A stretch of DNA of 64,000 bases, from positions 2,470 through 66,469 of the forward strand of contig CAYLMU010000003.1 in NCBI GenBank assembly GCA_964385105.1. The letters are read 5' to 3'. This document shows, piece by piece, positions 10,952 through 20,397 of the stretch. A model generated the notes under the pieces. It was given only the letters and a program-made list of their open reading frames with translations. It did no database searches and had not been told where the DNA came from. Both the position numbers and the translations under genes were made by a program. How positions within the stretch are numbered: the stretch's first letter is position 1; each line of letters starts with the position of its first letter. The DNA comes from an uncultured Candidatus Saccharibacteria bacterium (lineage in GTDB: Bacteria > Patescibacteriota > WWE3 > UBA101185 > UBA10185).

Positions 10952-11491
10952 ATGCCAAATCAAAAAAATATAGATACAGTAGAAAAATTAAAAACTAATG
11001 TAAGTAAGGCAAAATCTATAGTCTTTGCCGACTATCATGGTTTAACCGCACAATCCATTACTGAGTTAAGAGCAAAATTAGGCGAAGTTGACTCAGAAGC
11101 AAGTGTTGGAAAAAACACACTCGTAAAAATCGCCCTAAAAGAAAACAATTACGATGATCCAAATATGGAAAATTTTATGAAGGGACCAACTTTAACTGTC
11201 TTTTCATATGAAGATCCGGTTGCAGGTGTAAAAGCCTTATTTGAATTTTCAAGTTCACATGAAGATTTACCAAATGTGAAAGCAGGTATTATTGACGGAA
11301 GATTCACCAACCTTTCAGATCTTAAAACATTAAGTAATCTTCCTTCAAGAGATGAACTCATTGCTAAAGTCGTAGGTGGCATGAAGTCGCCACTTTTTGG
11401 CATAGTAAATACTCTTGGCGGAGTTCAAAGAAATTTTGTATATGTTTTGTCAGCAGTAGCTGAAAAGAAAAAAGAAGAGGAGGTGCAATAA
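10952..11491 (+). CDS. rplJ: 50S ribosomal protein L10.
   Basis: N-terminal ...DTVEKLKTNVSKAKSIVFADYHGLTAQSITELRAKLGEV..GKNTLVKIALKE is a typical L10 sequence. Immediately followed by rplL. Confidence 0.9.
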   Translation: MPNQKNIDTVEKLKTNVSKAKSIVFADYHGLTAQSITELRAKLGEVDSEASVGKNTLVKIALKENNYDDPNMENFMKGPTLTVFSYEDPVAGVKALFEFSSSHEDLPNVKAGIIDGRFTNLSDLKTLSNLPSRDELIAKVVGGMKSPLFGIVNTLGGVQRNFVYVLSAVAEKKKEEEVQ

Positions 11492-11494
11492 ATT

Positions 11495-11908
11495 ATGGCA
11501 GAAGATACAAAAGTAGAATTAACAGGTAACGCTCAAAAAGTAATGGAAATGGTAGAAAAGATGACAGTTTTAGAGCTTAATGATTTAGTTAAAGCATTAG
11601 AAGATAAATTTGGTGTTTCAGCAGCTGCACCAATGATGGTAGGAGCTATGCCGGCTGCAGCGTCAGGAGATGCATCAGCAGTCGATGAAGATCAAACAGA
11701 ATTTGACGTAGTATTGGCAGATGCCGGGGCTAATAAAATTGCTGTTATTAAAGCAGTTCGAGAAATAGATCAATCAATAGGTTTAGTAGATGCTAAGAAA
11801 TTGGTTGAGTCTGCTCCTAAAACAATATTAGAAGGCGTTAATAAAGAGAATGCAGACGCTGCAAAAGCAAAGTTAGAAGAAGTTGGTGCAAAAGTAGAGT
11901 TAAAGTAA
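11495..11908 (+). CDS. rplL: 50S ribosomal protein L7/L12.
   Basis: [11 protein letters not shown]...[32 protein letters not shown] (Ala-rich hinge) ...[64 protein letters not shown]. Strong SD GAGGAGG upstream. Confidence 0.95.
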   Translation: MAEDTKVELTGNAQKVMEMVEKMTVLELNDLVKALEDKFGVSAAAPMMVGAMPAAASGDASAVDEDQTEFDVVLADAGANKIAVIKAVREIDQSIGLVDAKKLVESAPKTILEGVNKENADAAKAKLEEVGAKVELK

Positions 11909-11937
11909 CATTATTTCATTATATTGTATGATATTTA

Positions 11938-11965
11938 CCCCGTTTTATGACGGGGTATTTTTTTA
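11938..11965 (+). terminator. Rho-independent terminator of the rplJL operon.
   Basis: ccccgttttatgacgggg hairpin followed by tattttttt. Confidence 0.7.
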
Positions 11966-11970
11966 CGAAT

Positions 11971-13176
11971 CTATTTAAAATAATTTAAGAGTGTTGTCAG
12001 TTTAGGTGTGTTTGTATCCTCAAGTATTAAATTAAGATTGTTGGTATTTGTCTCTATATTTCTTTTATGGTTTTGTAATTGTATGTTATCACGATTTATT
12101 ACATTATTTGCAACATAAGAAATATTGTCATAGCTCAGCACTTTCAACTTTGCGATTTGTATACCCATGTCTTTATTTCTGTTTGATGTTGTATTATGCT
12201 CTTTAAATAGTTTGATGATATCTTTTATATCATGGAATACATTTACACTATTTACTAAGTTATTTATATCAATGATGTTTGAATTTCTATATTCAGAGAT
12301 TATATTGTTTATTATTTCTGCTTTATCATTAATTAAATTTATAGATACGTCATTAACATCTACTGAGGTATGCATTACATTATATTTGTACCAATTTTCT
12401 ATTACATCATTTATTGTCAATTTATTACGCTTTTCTACACTCATAAAATCTGACATTAAACGTAATATATTATTTTTACTAATATCTTGCATAATATGAT
12501 CCTCTATTAATACATAATCTATATATTTATTGTTTTCTGCTATTATATAAAATAAAACTCCTGCGTTAGCATCATATTGTGTATTTTCCTCATCTTGTTC
12601 TGTGTTTAATATTGCATTATATGTTTTAATAATTTGTGGATTTACTATATTAATATTGTTAATTTTCTTTATGTTTGATTCATCCGTAAATGATTTAGAA
12701 AACATACTCATGTCATTAATTAACACCCAATTATAAGATAAAGAATCAATTACACGTATTTGCGCTTCACTCGAGATATACGGCACATAAATGCCATTTA
12801 AATCTTTTATGACTAAAGCGTCTTCACCTTCATAAACTTGTTTTTGACCAAAAAAGCATGATAATACATACTCATTAAGTACTACATCTTCTTCGAAAAG
12901 TTTTGAGTCTATATGTATTGTGTTATATGCTGAAGTATTTACTAGCTCAACTTTTTCTCTATCTACCAATTCCTTTAAATCAGTTAACCAATCCACATGA
13001 TCCGTTCTAACCATATTTTCTATAAAACTAACAGATACAATAATACTTACTTTAACTTCTGCTTTGGATTTAATTAAACGTAATAAGGGATAATATATAT
13101 CTTTACAACGGCTGCTAAATTCAGCCTCATCTTGAAAGTAAGGTTCATGTAAATAAAACACGTATGCTCGCTGCAC
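11971..13176 (-). CDS. Hypothetical protein, extremely AT-rich with an Asn/Ile/Lys-rich low-complexity C-terminal two-thirds. The N-terminal ~150 aa (YVFYLHEPYF...) may be a GH57-like or polysaccharide-processing fold; this is speculative.
   Basis: 401-aa ORF. The local A+T content is visibly higher than the flanking ribosomal-protein and glycosyltransferase genes. The HEPY motif is reminiscent of the GH57 region-I HQP motif, but identity is unconfirmed. Confidence 0.45.
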   Translation of the reverse strand: MQRAYVFYLHEPYFQDEAEFSSRCKDIYYPLLRLIKSKAEVKVSIIVSVSFIENMVRTDHVDWLTDLKELVDREKVELVNTSAYNTIHIDSKLFEEDVVLNEYVLSCFFGQKQVYEGEDALVIKDLNGIYVPYISSEAQIRVIDSLSYNWVLINDMSMFSKSFTDESNIKKINNINIVNPQIIKTYNAILNTEQDEENTQYDANAGVLFYIIAENNKYIDYVLIEDHIMQDISKNNILRLMSDFMSVEKRNKLTINDVIENWYKYNVMHTSVDVNDVSINLINDKAEIINNIISEYRNSNIIDINNLVNSVNVFHDIKDIIKLFKEHNTTSNRNKDMGIQIAKLKVLSYDNISYVANNVINRDNIQLQNHKRNIETNTNNLNLILEDTNTPKLTTLLNYFK

Positions 13177-13380
13177 ACAGTTATTTTACATACTAATCAC
13201 TCCACATGCAACAAATAAAAAAGCTTATACCTTCTAATCCGGGTAGAACTGGTTCCTATTCTCCTGCCCACAGAATAGGAAGTACGTGTTCCACCCAGAT
13301 TAGGTAGTACAAGCTTAATGTGAAAATAATAGCATATAATTATAGGCCTGTCAACACTTGTTAGTGTACGACTAAGTAGT

Positions 13381-14277
13381 CTACAAATCAGCCACTTCGT
13401 CAAATTCGCTTGCTAAATCAACCTCTCCATTCTCTAAGAGATCCTTTCTCAATTGCACGTCATTAACTACATATAAACCGTGTATCTCTTTTCTATTCTC
13501 TATGACATGTCCATTATCAATAAATATACCCAACTGAGCACTAGACGCATTTGATTCGGTTAGCTCCAAAGCTTTTTCAAAGAATTCTTTATCCTCGGGT
13601 TTAACATATATATGTAATATGGAGAATGGTCTTATCATTTTATGTAATGATAAACCGGCATTCATCGTGAAAGCGTATGGCACATTGGAATTTCTTGCAG
13701 ATTTATTAATGTATTGGGCTAACTCTTTTAATCCACCGACGTTGCTCTTATAATAATATTCATTTTGTGCAGGTTTTTCAGGTTCTTTCTCAACTTCTTC
13801 TTCTTCTTCGGAAGCAAGTGAACTTAGTGATTCACGAGAAGCCGGTTTAGACTCTTCTGCCATTTGCGCTTCGAGTCTATGTTTTTCTGCAGCTGCTCTA
13901 AATTTAGCTAACCAATCCACTTCTTCTTCCTGAGGCTCTTCTGCCGGCTCATCTAAATCTTCTTCAACTTCTTCTTCGTCTATTGCAGTTTGATTAATTA
14001 TGGGTGCAGCTTCAGGTTCAGTATAAGTGTCAGAGGGATTATCAACACCAGTTGATGCGTTACTTTCCACAGTTCTACTTACTGGCTGGGAAATATTATC
14101 TTTATTTGGATATAAAAAGTCTAATATATTTTTTTTTGTAAATCTATGTCTTCCTGTTGCAGTCTTTACCTCTGCTTGTAGCTTATCCTCTTCAAGATAT
14201 CTATAAACTGATCTTAAACTAACGCCTAAAATTTCTGCTACTTCAGTGGATGTATAAAATCTATCTTCTAAATTCAT
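13381..14277 (-). CDS. Hypothetical protein with an N-terminal MerR/excisionase-type helix-turn-helix, a long acidic linker and a C-terminal domain of unknown function.
   Basis: N-terminus YTSTEVAEILGVSLRSVYRYLEEDKLQAEVKTATGRHRFTKKNILDFL matches the excisionase/MerR-family DNA-binding HTH pattern. The middle is highly acidic (EEEVEEDLDEPAEEPQEEE...). Confidence 0.5.
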   Translation of the reverse strand: MNLEDRFYTSTEVAEILGVSLRSVYRYLEEDKLQAEVKTATGRHRFTKKNILDFLYPNKDNISQPVSRTVESNASTGVDNPSDTYTEPEAAPIINQTAIDEEEVEEDLDEPAEEPQEEEVDWLAKFRAAAEKHRLEAQMAEESKPASRESLSSLASEEEEEVEKEPEKPAQNEYYYKSNVGGLKELAQYINKSARNSNVPYAFTMNAGLSLHKMIRPFSILHIYVKPEDKEFFEKALELTESNASSAQLGIFIDNGHVIENRKEIHGLYVVNDVQLRKDLLENGEVDLASEFDEVADL

Positions 14278-14357
14278 GACTTAATGTTTGCATACATGAA
14301 TATACTTGTCAACAATTTATTTAAAATTTTATATTACGAAAATAATAAAGACTGTAA

Positions 14358-15230
14358 CTACCTATTTTTTCTTATTGTTTCTATATAAATCTGCACGGGA
14401 AAAATCACTAAAGCTTTAAAAATCCTTCTAACACGCCATGGTTGAATTAATAACCTATAAAACCACTCCATTTTCATACTTTTGAATACATTTGGCGGTG
14501 TCCTGACATCATCACTTATATATGCAAAACTTCCACCTACACCTATGCCTATTTTTGATGGTATTTTGTTAATATTTCTATATAACCATTTCTCTTGTTT
14601 TGGGTGACCATATGCTACAAACAACATGTCTATACTTTTTATATCATGTTCTTTCATTTTTTCTTGGATAAACGATAAGGTCGTTAAATCATCCTCATCA
14701 TAGGAATTAAATGCGGATGTTGAACCTATTATTTTCAATTTAGGATATTTTTTTAATAGCCTCTCTGCTGTTTTTGTTGCTAAGTCGTAATCTACTGATT
14801 TCATCCTTCCCAACCTATCCTGTGGCCTACCTCCCAATAAAAATATTGTATACTGTTTTTGTTCTGAAACTTCACATAATTTCATCATTAAATCTACACC
14901 TGTAATTGATTTATCTACTCTTTTAAATGGTACAAAAAAACCTCTAATAAAAGCGTTTAGCGGAAACAAAAAATTTCTGTGTAAGTTTTTTATTGTATCT
15001 ATGTAAGAGACTGCAAAAATCACGCCATTACCATCCGGAGTTGAAACCAAAGAATTATTTATTATATTTCTAAATTCCTCATCCTCTTGTGCTTCAAGTA
15101 TAAATTCGGGATTAGTAGTACAAACTATCTGCGACCCACCATTTCTTATGGCTTCCTCTATCACTGACACAACCTCATCCATTGTCACACCTATATTTAC
15201 TTTTACTCCCAAAATTTTTATTTCTTTCAT
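14358..15230 (-). CDS. WecB/TagA/CpsF-family glycosyltransferase (GT26; N-acetylmannosaminyl-type transferase).
   Basis: ILGVKVNIGVTMDEVVSVIEEAI..GGSQIVCTTNPEFILEAQEDEEFRNIINNSLVSTPDGNGVIFA is a typical GT26 N-terminal signature. Its start overlaps the upstream GT4 gene by 4 nt (operon). Confidence 0.75.
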   Translation of the reverse strand: MKEIKILGVKVNIGVTMDEVVSVIEEAIRNGGSQIVCTTNPEFILEAQEDEEFRNIINNSLVSTPDGNGVIFAVSYIDTIKNLHRNFLFPLNAFIRGFFVPFKRVDKSITGVDLMMKLCEVSEQKQYTIFLLGGRPQDRLGRMKSVDYDLATKTAERLLKKYPKLKIIGSTSAFNSYDEDDLTTLSFIQEKMKEHDIKSIDMLFVAYGHPKQEKWLYRNINKIPSKIGIGVGGSFAYISDDVRTPPNVFKSMKMEWFYRLLIQPWRVRRIFKALVIFPVQIYIETIRKNR

Positions 15231-16321
15231 ATATTTTTAAATGAATTTAAAAATTCCTCGGCACACTGACGCCAGCTATACTTTTGTATATTGACAAGTC
15301 CTAAATCTATGAGTTTTTTTCTCAGTTGGTAATCCTTCAATAGTAAGTCCATACCCTGAAATATTTCATTTATGTTATTGGGATTTACACACAAAGCCGC
15401 CCCGCCACTTACCTCAGGAAGTGCACCGGTAGTAGATGTTAAAACCGGTACCTCACATGCCATAGCTTCAAGAACAGGCAAACCAAAACCCTCACTCAAC
15501 GAAACATATGACAAAAACTGAGCTCCTGAAATTAACGCCGGTAAATCTAACTGATCCACCCTACCTGTAAACTTTACACAATCCTTAACATTGTATGTTT
15601 CGGGTAATTCATACAACCTTAAATTATCTTCGGGCACACTGCCAGCAATTACAAATCGTAAACTTTCATACACTCTCTCATTAATTACTCTGGAAAAGGC
15701 TTCAATCATATTATTCAAGTTTTTCCTTTTAACTGCTGTACCAACAAACAAAATATAATTTTTCGAATCTATCTTATATTTACTTAAAACGTTTTCAATT
15801 TCACGCTCGCTTCTTTTATAAAAAAACTTAGTATCAACACCTTCACCTATTACACCTACCTTTTCGGCATTTACTTTAAACCGGCTAGAAATTTCACTTT
15901 TAGTAAACTCTGACACTGCCACCACGTAGTCTGAAAATCTCACTGTGAATAACGTAGGTGCAAATCCATATTTCTTATATTCCAAACCATGAATTACTGA
16001 CACAATCTTCAAATTAGACTTATGAATTATAGGAATTGTCTGCCACGGAGAGATTAATAAATCAAAATTATTTTTCATCAGGTACTTTGCAAAATCAAAC
16101 TGAGTCCAAGACAAGGTTTTTTTAATATATACACTTTTAAAGTTCACATTTTCAGACACTAGCTCATTAAACCAGTCTTGTGACACCTGTTGACGAAAAC
16201 AGATAAAGTATGTATTGGATTTATCAATCACCGATAAATGATGAATAAGGTTATATAAATAATTCTGCGTACCTGTGGGACTTACTATATCTAAACGAGA
16301 AGCATCTACAGCAATTTGCAT
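15227..16321 (-). CDS. Glycosyltransferase family 4 (GT-B fold, retaining).
   Basis: C-terminal ...SEGFGLPVLEAMACEVPVLTSTTGALPEV... is the EX7E-type GT4 signature. Confidence 0.75.
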   Translation of the reverse strand: MQIAVDASRLDIVSPTGTQNYLYNLIHHLSVIDKSNTYFICFRQQVSQDWFNELVSENVNFKSVYIKKTLSWTQFDFAKYLMKNNFDLLISPWQTIPIIHKSNLKIVSVIHGLEYKKYGFAPTLFTVRFSDYVVAVSEFTKSEISSRFKVNAEKVGVIGEGVDTKFFYKRSEREIENVLSKYKIDSKNYILFVGTAVKRKNLNNMIEAFSRVINERVYESLRFVIAGSVPEDNLRLYELPETYNVKDCVKFTGRVDQLDLPALISGAQFLSYVSLSEGFGLPVLEAMACEVPVLTSTTGALPEVSGGAALCVNPNNINEIFQGMDLLLKDYQLRKKLIDLGLVNIQKYSWRQCAEEFLNSFKNI

Positions 16322-16382
16322 ATCTTGTATTTTACTATGAATAGCTAGTAATTATAAGTAAGGTAAGATAAAATGTAGAAGC

Positions 16383-17540
16383 ATGAAAAGATACTGGCTC
16401 CAAACTGTTGCAACAAGTACATTCTTAATCATAATAACAACAGTCATTTTCCTATACACTTCAGGATATAGAGTGTTAAGAGAAGAAAGTGTGAATGTTG
16501 ATTTTAAAAGAACCGGCATGATAAGTGCCAAGTCTATTCCTGAAGGTGCAAATGTATATTTAAATGGCGTACTAAAAACAGCATCAAACGATACAATTCA
16601 AGCCCTTGACCCCGGCACTTATCAATTAAGAATAGTGCGAAACGGTTTTGTAACATGGGAAAAAGATGTTGAAGTTTTTGCAGAGCTTGTAACTGATATA
16701 ACGGCCGTTTTAATTTCACAAAGCCCAAGACTGGAACCTCTTACAAACACAGGCGCCAGAATGCCTGTCATATCGCCAACATTAAGTAAACTCGCATATT
16801 TCTCAAAAGACGGAACTGAATCGGGAGTTTGGATAATTCCTCTTACAAACACCGGCCTTAGCCTTTTTAGAGCTGAACCATATATAGCTATAGAAGACAC
16901 TTTCAACACAATATTCTCTAACGGTAAATCAATTGAGTGGTCACCCGATGAAAAAGAGCTTCTAGTCCAAGGGCCAAACGACCTTTTTTATGTTATAGAC
17001 ATTGGTACAAAAGCAGTAGAATCAACCACATCACCCGATGCTGTACGAAACGAATGGGAGGAAATCAGACATGTGAAAAGAGCTGACTTTCTATCAAGAA
17101 TAGATATTCCCGAAAATATGCTGATAATAGCAAACGCACCTGAAACAATGTGGTCACCGGATGAAAAAAAGTTTTTGTACAAAGTCACCAATGAAGAAGC
17201 CGGTACAACTGAATACAGAGTTTATAACATGGAAAAGCCCATACCGGTTGGAGAAAAAGTCGACAATCTAGTATTCACATTAAATGCAGATGACCCTCAA
17301 CCTGTTGTCACATGGTATGCGGACAGCTTTCACTTAATATTGGTTGAAGGAAACACCGAAGAAGAAAAACGCGGCGTCATTAGCTTAATTAGAATAGACG
17401 GTACAAATAAAACCGAAATTTATAACAACACAATGTACTCACAAAACGTTTACAGCTCACCGGGAGGCGACAAGCTTATTTTCTTGACATCATTTAAGTC
17501 CGGTGGTCAAACTGATTTATATACCATTGGTATAAGATAA
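16383..17540 (+). CDS. Membrane-anchored PEGA-domain protein with a TolB/PD40-like beta-propeller region.
   Basis: N-terminal TM (FLIIITTVIFLYT). PEGANVYLNGVLKTASNDTIQALDPGTYQLRIVRNGFVTWEKDVEV is a PEGA domain. Repeated WSPDEK../SSPGGDKLIF motifs are typical of PD40 repeats. Confidence 0.6.
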   Translation: MKRYWLQTVATSTFLIIITTVIFLYTSGYRVLREESVNVDFKRTGMISAKSIPEGANVYLNGVLKTASNDTIQALDPGTYQLRIVRNGFVTWEKDVEVFAELVTDITAVLISQSPRLEPLTNTGARMPVISPTLSKLAYFSKDGTESGVWIIPLTNTGLSLFRAEPYIAIEDTFNTIFSNGKSIEWSPDEKELLVQGPNDLFYVIDIGTKAVESTTSPDAVRNEWEEIRHVKRADFLSRIDIPENMLIIANAPETMWSPDEKKFLYKVTNEEAGTTEYRVYNMEKPIPVGEKVDNLVFTLNADDPQPVVTWYADSFHLILVEGNTEEEKRGVISLIRIDGTNKTEIYNNTMYSQNVYSSPGGDKLIFLTSFKSGGQTDLYTIGIR

Positions 17541-17577
17541 TCCTAGGGCTATAGCACTGTACCCCATTTAATTGCTA

Positions 17578-18279
17578 TTATTTAACTTCAATCAAGTTTG
17601 CCGTTACAACAAGCCTATTTAAAGTAGTACCCGGAGGATCACATGTTTGTAAAGTCAAAGTGGGCTCAATCACCGGTCTTGTAATAGGATAAGTGTTCCA
17701 ACCTTCAAGCTTTTCTTTGTTTACAACATTGTAAACATAATCTTTGCCATCATAAAACACATGCACTTTATCCCCTACTTCAAGTTTTCGAAGCAAATTA
17801 AAAACTGTGGCGTATCTGCCCAATTCCCAAAAATCAGTAGAAGCATGAGCAAATAAGTAAACATTGCCCGGCTCATTAGAAGGATAGTTTGAAACAGCCG
17901 CATGTGCCACACCGTTTTTTAATGCATTTTTATACGAATCTTCGTTTGTTATCGCAACATCCGCAACCACAGGGGCATTTACACCTATTTTCTCAATTAC
18001 AAGCGAAAAATCTTTATTAACAGGCTCAAGCAGTACAGGGCTTGATGATAAATATCTTGCAAACACGCTATCATCCACTGAGTTTTCACTTGCAAACAAT
18101 GAATACTCCTGGGATTTTAGTTGTTTTAAAAAATACCACACTTCACTTCGAATAACAGGTCCAAAAGCCATTATAATAAACAAAAATCCTAATATAATGA
18201 GAGTATTTGAAATCGTTTTAAAAAAAACATATTCTGCTTTTGTTGGCTTATTTTTATAAGTATATTTTTTTGATTTCAC
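17578..18279 (-). CDS. Sortase-family transpeptidase.
   Basis: N-terminal TM anchor. Catalytic-region motifs LFAHAS (His) and LTLQTCDPPGT (TLxTC Cys motif). Confidence 0.7.
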   Translation of the reverse strand: MKSKKYTYKNKPTKAEYVFFKTISNTLIILGFLFIIMAFGPVIRSEVWYFLKQLKSQEYSLFASENSVDDSVFARYLSSSPVLLEPVNKDFSLVIEKIGVNAPVVADVAITNEDSYKNALKNGVAHAAVSNYPSNEPGNVYLFAHASTDFWELGRYATVFNLLRKLEVGDKVHVFYDGKDYVYNVVNKEKLEGWNTYPITRPVIEPTLTLQTCDPPGTTLNRLVVTANLIEVK

Positions 18280-18405
18280 AATAAAAGTTTAGCACAACAA
18301 AGTGCCGAAATAATCTTAATATTTGCCTGTAGAATTGTCATACAAGCGCTCGATTTACTTATAACAAAGGGTTTGGTAGTGTTCGAAAATAGTAAAAAAA
18401 TTTTA

Positions 18406-18480
18406 TGGTGCCCCCGGCAGGAATTGAACCTGCATTTTACCCTTAGGAGGGGTATGTTCTATCCGTTGAACTACAAGGGC
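18406..18480 (-). tRNA. tRNA-Arg(CCU) with encoded CCA.
   Basis: Reverse complement GCCCTTGTAGTTCAACGGATAGAACATACCCCTCCTAAGGGTAAAATGCAGGTTCAATTCCTGCCGGGGGCACCA folds as a cloverleaf: acceptor with two G-U pairs, D-arm GTTC/GAAC, anticodon stem TACCC/GGGTA, loop CUCCUAA giving anticodon CCU, T-arm GCAGG-TTCAATT-CCTGC. Confidence 0.7.
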
Positions 18481-18555
18481 AAGCACCTTAATATTTTATG
18501 ATAAAATGTACAATACCGCCAGTTTATCATAGAATTTTTATGTGGTTGTATATAA

Positions 18556-18643
18556 GGAGGGGTGCAGGAGTGGCTTATCTGGCCGGTCTTGAAAACCGTG
18601 CATGCGCAAGCATACGAGGGTTCGAATCCCTCCCCCTCCGCCA
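18556..18643 (+). tRNA. tRNA-Ser(UGA) (class II, long variable arm) with encoded CCA.
   Basis: GGAGGGG...CCCCTCC acceptor. G73 discriminator. Anticodon loop CUUGAAA gives UGA. Variable arm ATGC-GCAA-GCAT. T-arm GAGGG-TTCGAAT-CCCTC. Confidence 0.75.
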
Positions 18644-20341
18644 TGTGGAATTGATAGCTTCTTGAAGTTCTTTTTTGCTTGTTATACCAGCCAATACTTT
18701 GGGTTCTAACTGTTGTTTTATCTCTTGTATCTCATTCAATCCTTTTTCAATTAAGAAGAAGTGTTTTTGCTTATCAAACCATAGTTTTTTGTCTTTTAAT
18801 TTTAGGTTCAAACCAAGTGATTGAAGTATTTGTGTTTTGGTATTTGAATCTCCATTTTTAAGCCAGTAGTTAGCATATCTAGCAAAATTAAATGCTTTTT
18901 CTGTGTTTTCCGTTGCTGTTTCAACCCTGTTGTTATTATCGTTAATTAAATCCTCAACTTCTTTTATTCTTGATAGCAAATCTTTTCTTTGTAATACATA
19001 TTCCTGTTCTGAAATTCTACTACCATCTCTATTTTCAGGGGATACTTTAAGTTTAAGTAGTTCTTTTAGGGAATATTGTAAGTTCTCTAATTCTACATTC
19101 AGCCCGTTACAAGACTTTCTAATAACATTAAAATCAACGTCTGTAACTTCGTGAATATATTTGATAGCAAGATTCAAAAAGTCATCATCTATTTCAAATT
19201 TGCTTATTTCAGCCTCAATAGTTTGCTCTAAATTATCAACTCTCATAGCCTTTTCAGTGCAGTTAGGATTTGTCTTTTTAGCACAAGAAAGATATACATA
19301 ATGTAGGATTTTTGGATTATCCATTTGTTCAATTAGCATTCCACAATTAGTACAAGCATTTCTATCTTGGGTTTTAGCAAATTTAGTTTTACAGTTACTA
19401 CAAATTACTTGCCATTTCTCATGTGCTGTAATACTTCCTCCACAACCACCACAAACTAAAGCCTTTTTATATGGAAAATCCTTATCTTTTGAATAATGAC
19501 TTCTAGTTTTCTTACCAAGTCTAATTTGAAGCGTATTAAACTCATCAATTGTTAGCATTGCAGGGTGTTTACCCCAACATTCACCATCTTTACGTTGAAT
19601 ATAGCCATATATAAAGGGCTTAGATAGAAAGCGATACCAAGCAGTTCTACTCATTGGCTTTCCACCTTGTTTAAAAGATTTTCTAGTTTTAAATCCCCAT
19701 TTATCATTAAGAATATGCAGGGCTTCCATAAGGGAATAGCCCTCGTAGATTATTAAATAAATTGCTTTTTGTATTAAATCAAAAGAAACAGGGTCTTTAT
19801 CAATAGACTTTTCCTTTGTATAAGGGTTTGTAACATTAATATATCCTTGCAATGCTTGGGTTGGAATATATCCTTCTCGTAACTTTTTTCTATTTCCTCT
19901 TTTTACATTTTGGGATTTATCATCACTATCTTTTTTAGCCATGCCAAATTCAATAGTAAGCAGTAAAACATCGGAAGAATCACCAGTAAAAATCTTGTAG
20001 GGTGTTCTTAACTCTAAAATTTTGCCTGTACTCATTAAATACAAGAAGTCTCCTGCATCTTTTGGGTTTCTGCTTATTCTATTTGGTTGCCAACATAAAA
20101 CCCCATTTGCCTCACCTTTTTCTATTCTTTTTAGCATTTCATTAAATCGTGGTCTGCCTATTTTGTATGCACTCTGTGCCTCTGAAAATACCCCTACAAT
20201 CTTTAACCCTAGTTTTCTAGCATATTCTCTTAGTTCTTCCTCTTGTGCTTCTAGGGAAAGGATTTGTCTATCTTCTTCCTCGCTACTTTTACGAATATAT
20301 AAGAAGTATCTTTTTTCAATTTCTAGAATTTCATTAAACAT
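18575..20341 (-). CDS. Large serine recombinase (resolvase/invertase-type catalytic domain + recombinase domain + zinc ribbon + coiled-coil). The annotated C-terminal ~25 aa are translated from the antisense of tRNA-Ser.
   Basis: N-terminal YIRKSSEEEDRQILSLEAQ (catalytic Ser motif). Cys cluster CGGCGGS...CSNCK...CTNCG (zinc ribbon). Long coiled-coil region. The ORF 3' end (18575-18643) is antisense to the tRNA. Confidence 0.85.
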   Translation of the reverse strand: MFNEILEIEKRYFLYIRKSSEEEDRQILSLEAQEEELREYARKLGLKIVGVFSEAQSAYKIGRPRFNEMLKRIEKGEANGVLCWQPNRISRNPKDAGDFLYLMSTGKILELRTPYKIFTGDSSDVLLLTIEFGMAKKDSDDKSQNVKRGNRKKLREGYIPTQALQGYINVTNPYTKEKSIDKDPVSFDLIQKAIYLIIYEGYSLMEALHILNDKWGFKTRKSFKQGGKPMSRTAWYRFLSKPFIYGYIQRKDGECWGKHPAMLTIDEFNTLQIRLGKKTRSHYSKDKDFPYKKALVCGGCGGSITAHEKWQVICSNCKTKFAKTQDRNACTNCGMLIEQMDNPKILHYVYLSCAKKTNPNCTEKAMRVDNLEQTIEAEISKFEIDDDFLNLAIKYIHEVTDVDFNVIRKSCNGLNVELENLQYSLKELLKLKVSPENRDGSRISEQEYVLQRKDLLSRIKEVEDLINDNNNRVETATENTEKAFNFARYANYWLKNGDSNTKTQILQSLGLNLKLKDKKLWFDKQKHFFLIEKGLNEIQEIKQQLEPKVLAGITSKKELQEAINSTWRRGRDSNPRMLAHARFSRPAR

Positions 20342-20364
20342 AGTTTCCTTTTTTCTTCGTTGTG

Positions 20365-20373
20365 ATTATATCA
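20365..20373 (-). promoter_or_regulatory. Extended -10 promoter element (TGaTATAAT) for the recombinase gene.
   Basis: Reverse complement of 20365-20373 is tgatataat, ~27 nt upstream of the recombinase ATG, followed by an AAAGGAA SD-like sequence. Confidence 0.35.
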
Positions 20374-20397
20374 CTGTATTTCTTTCTAACTTTCCTA

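Noticed and set aside
12167-12499. 110-aa plus-strand ORF antisense to the AT-rich 401-aa gene.
   Set aside because: Low-complexity antisense translation of an AT-rich gene, with no start context.
13197-13403. 68-aa minus-strand ORF, and a CCTATTCT…AGAATAGG hairpin, in the 13177-13380 intergenic region.
   Set aside because: The ORF is Arg-rich and lacks an RBS. The hairpin has no adjacent U-tract on either strand, so a terminator call is unsupported. Kept only as a note under the AT-rich-gene finding.
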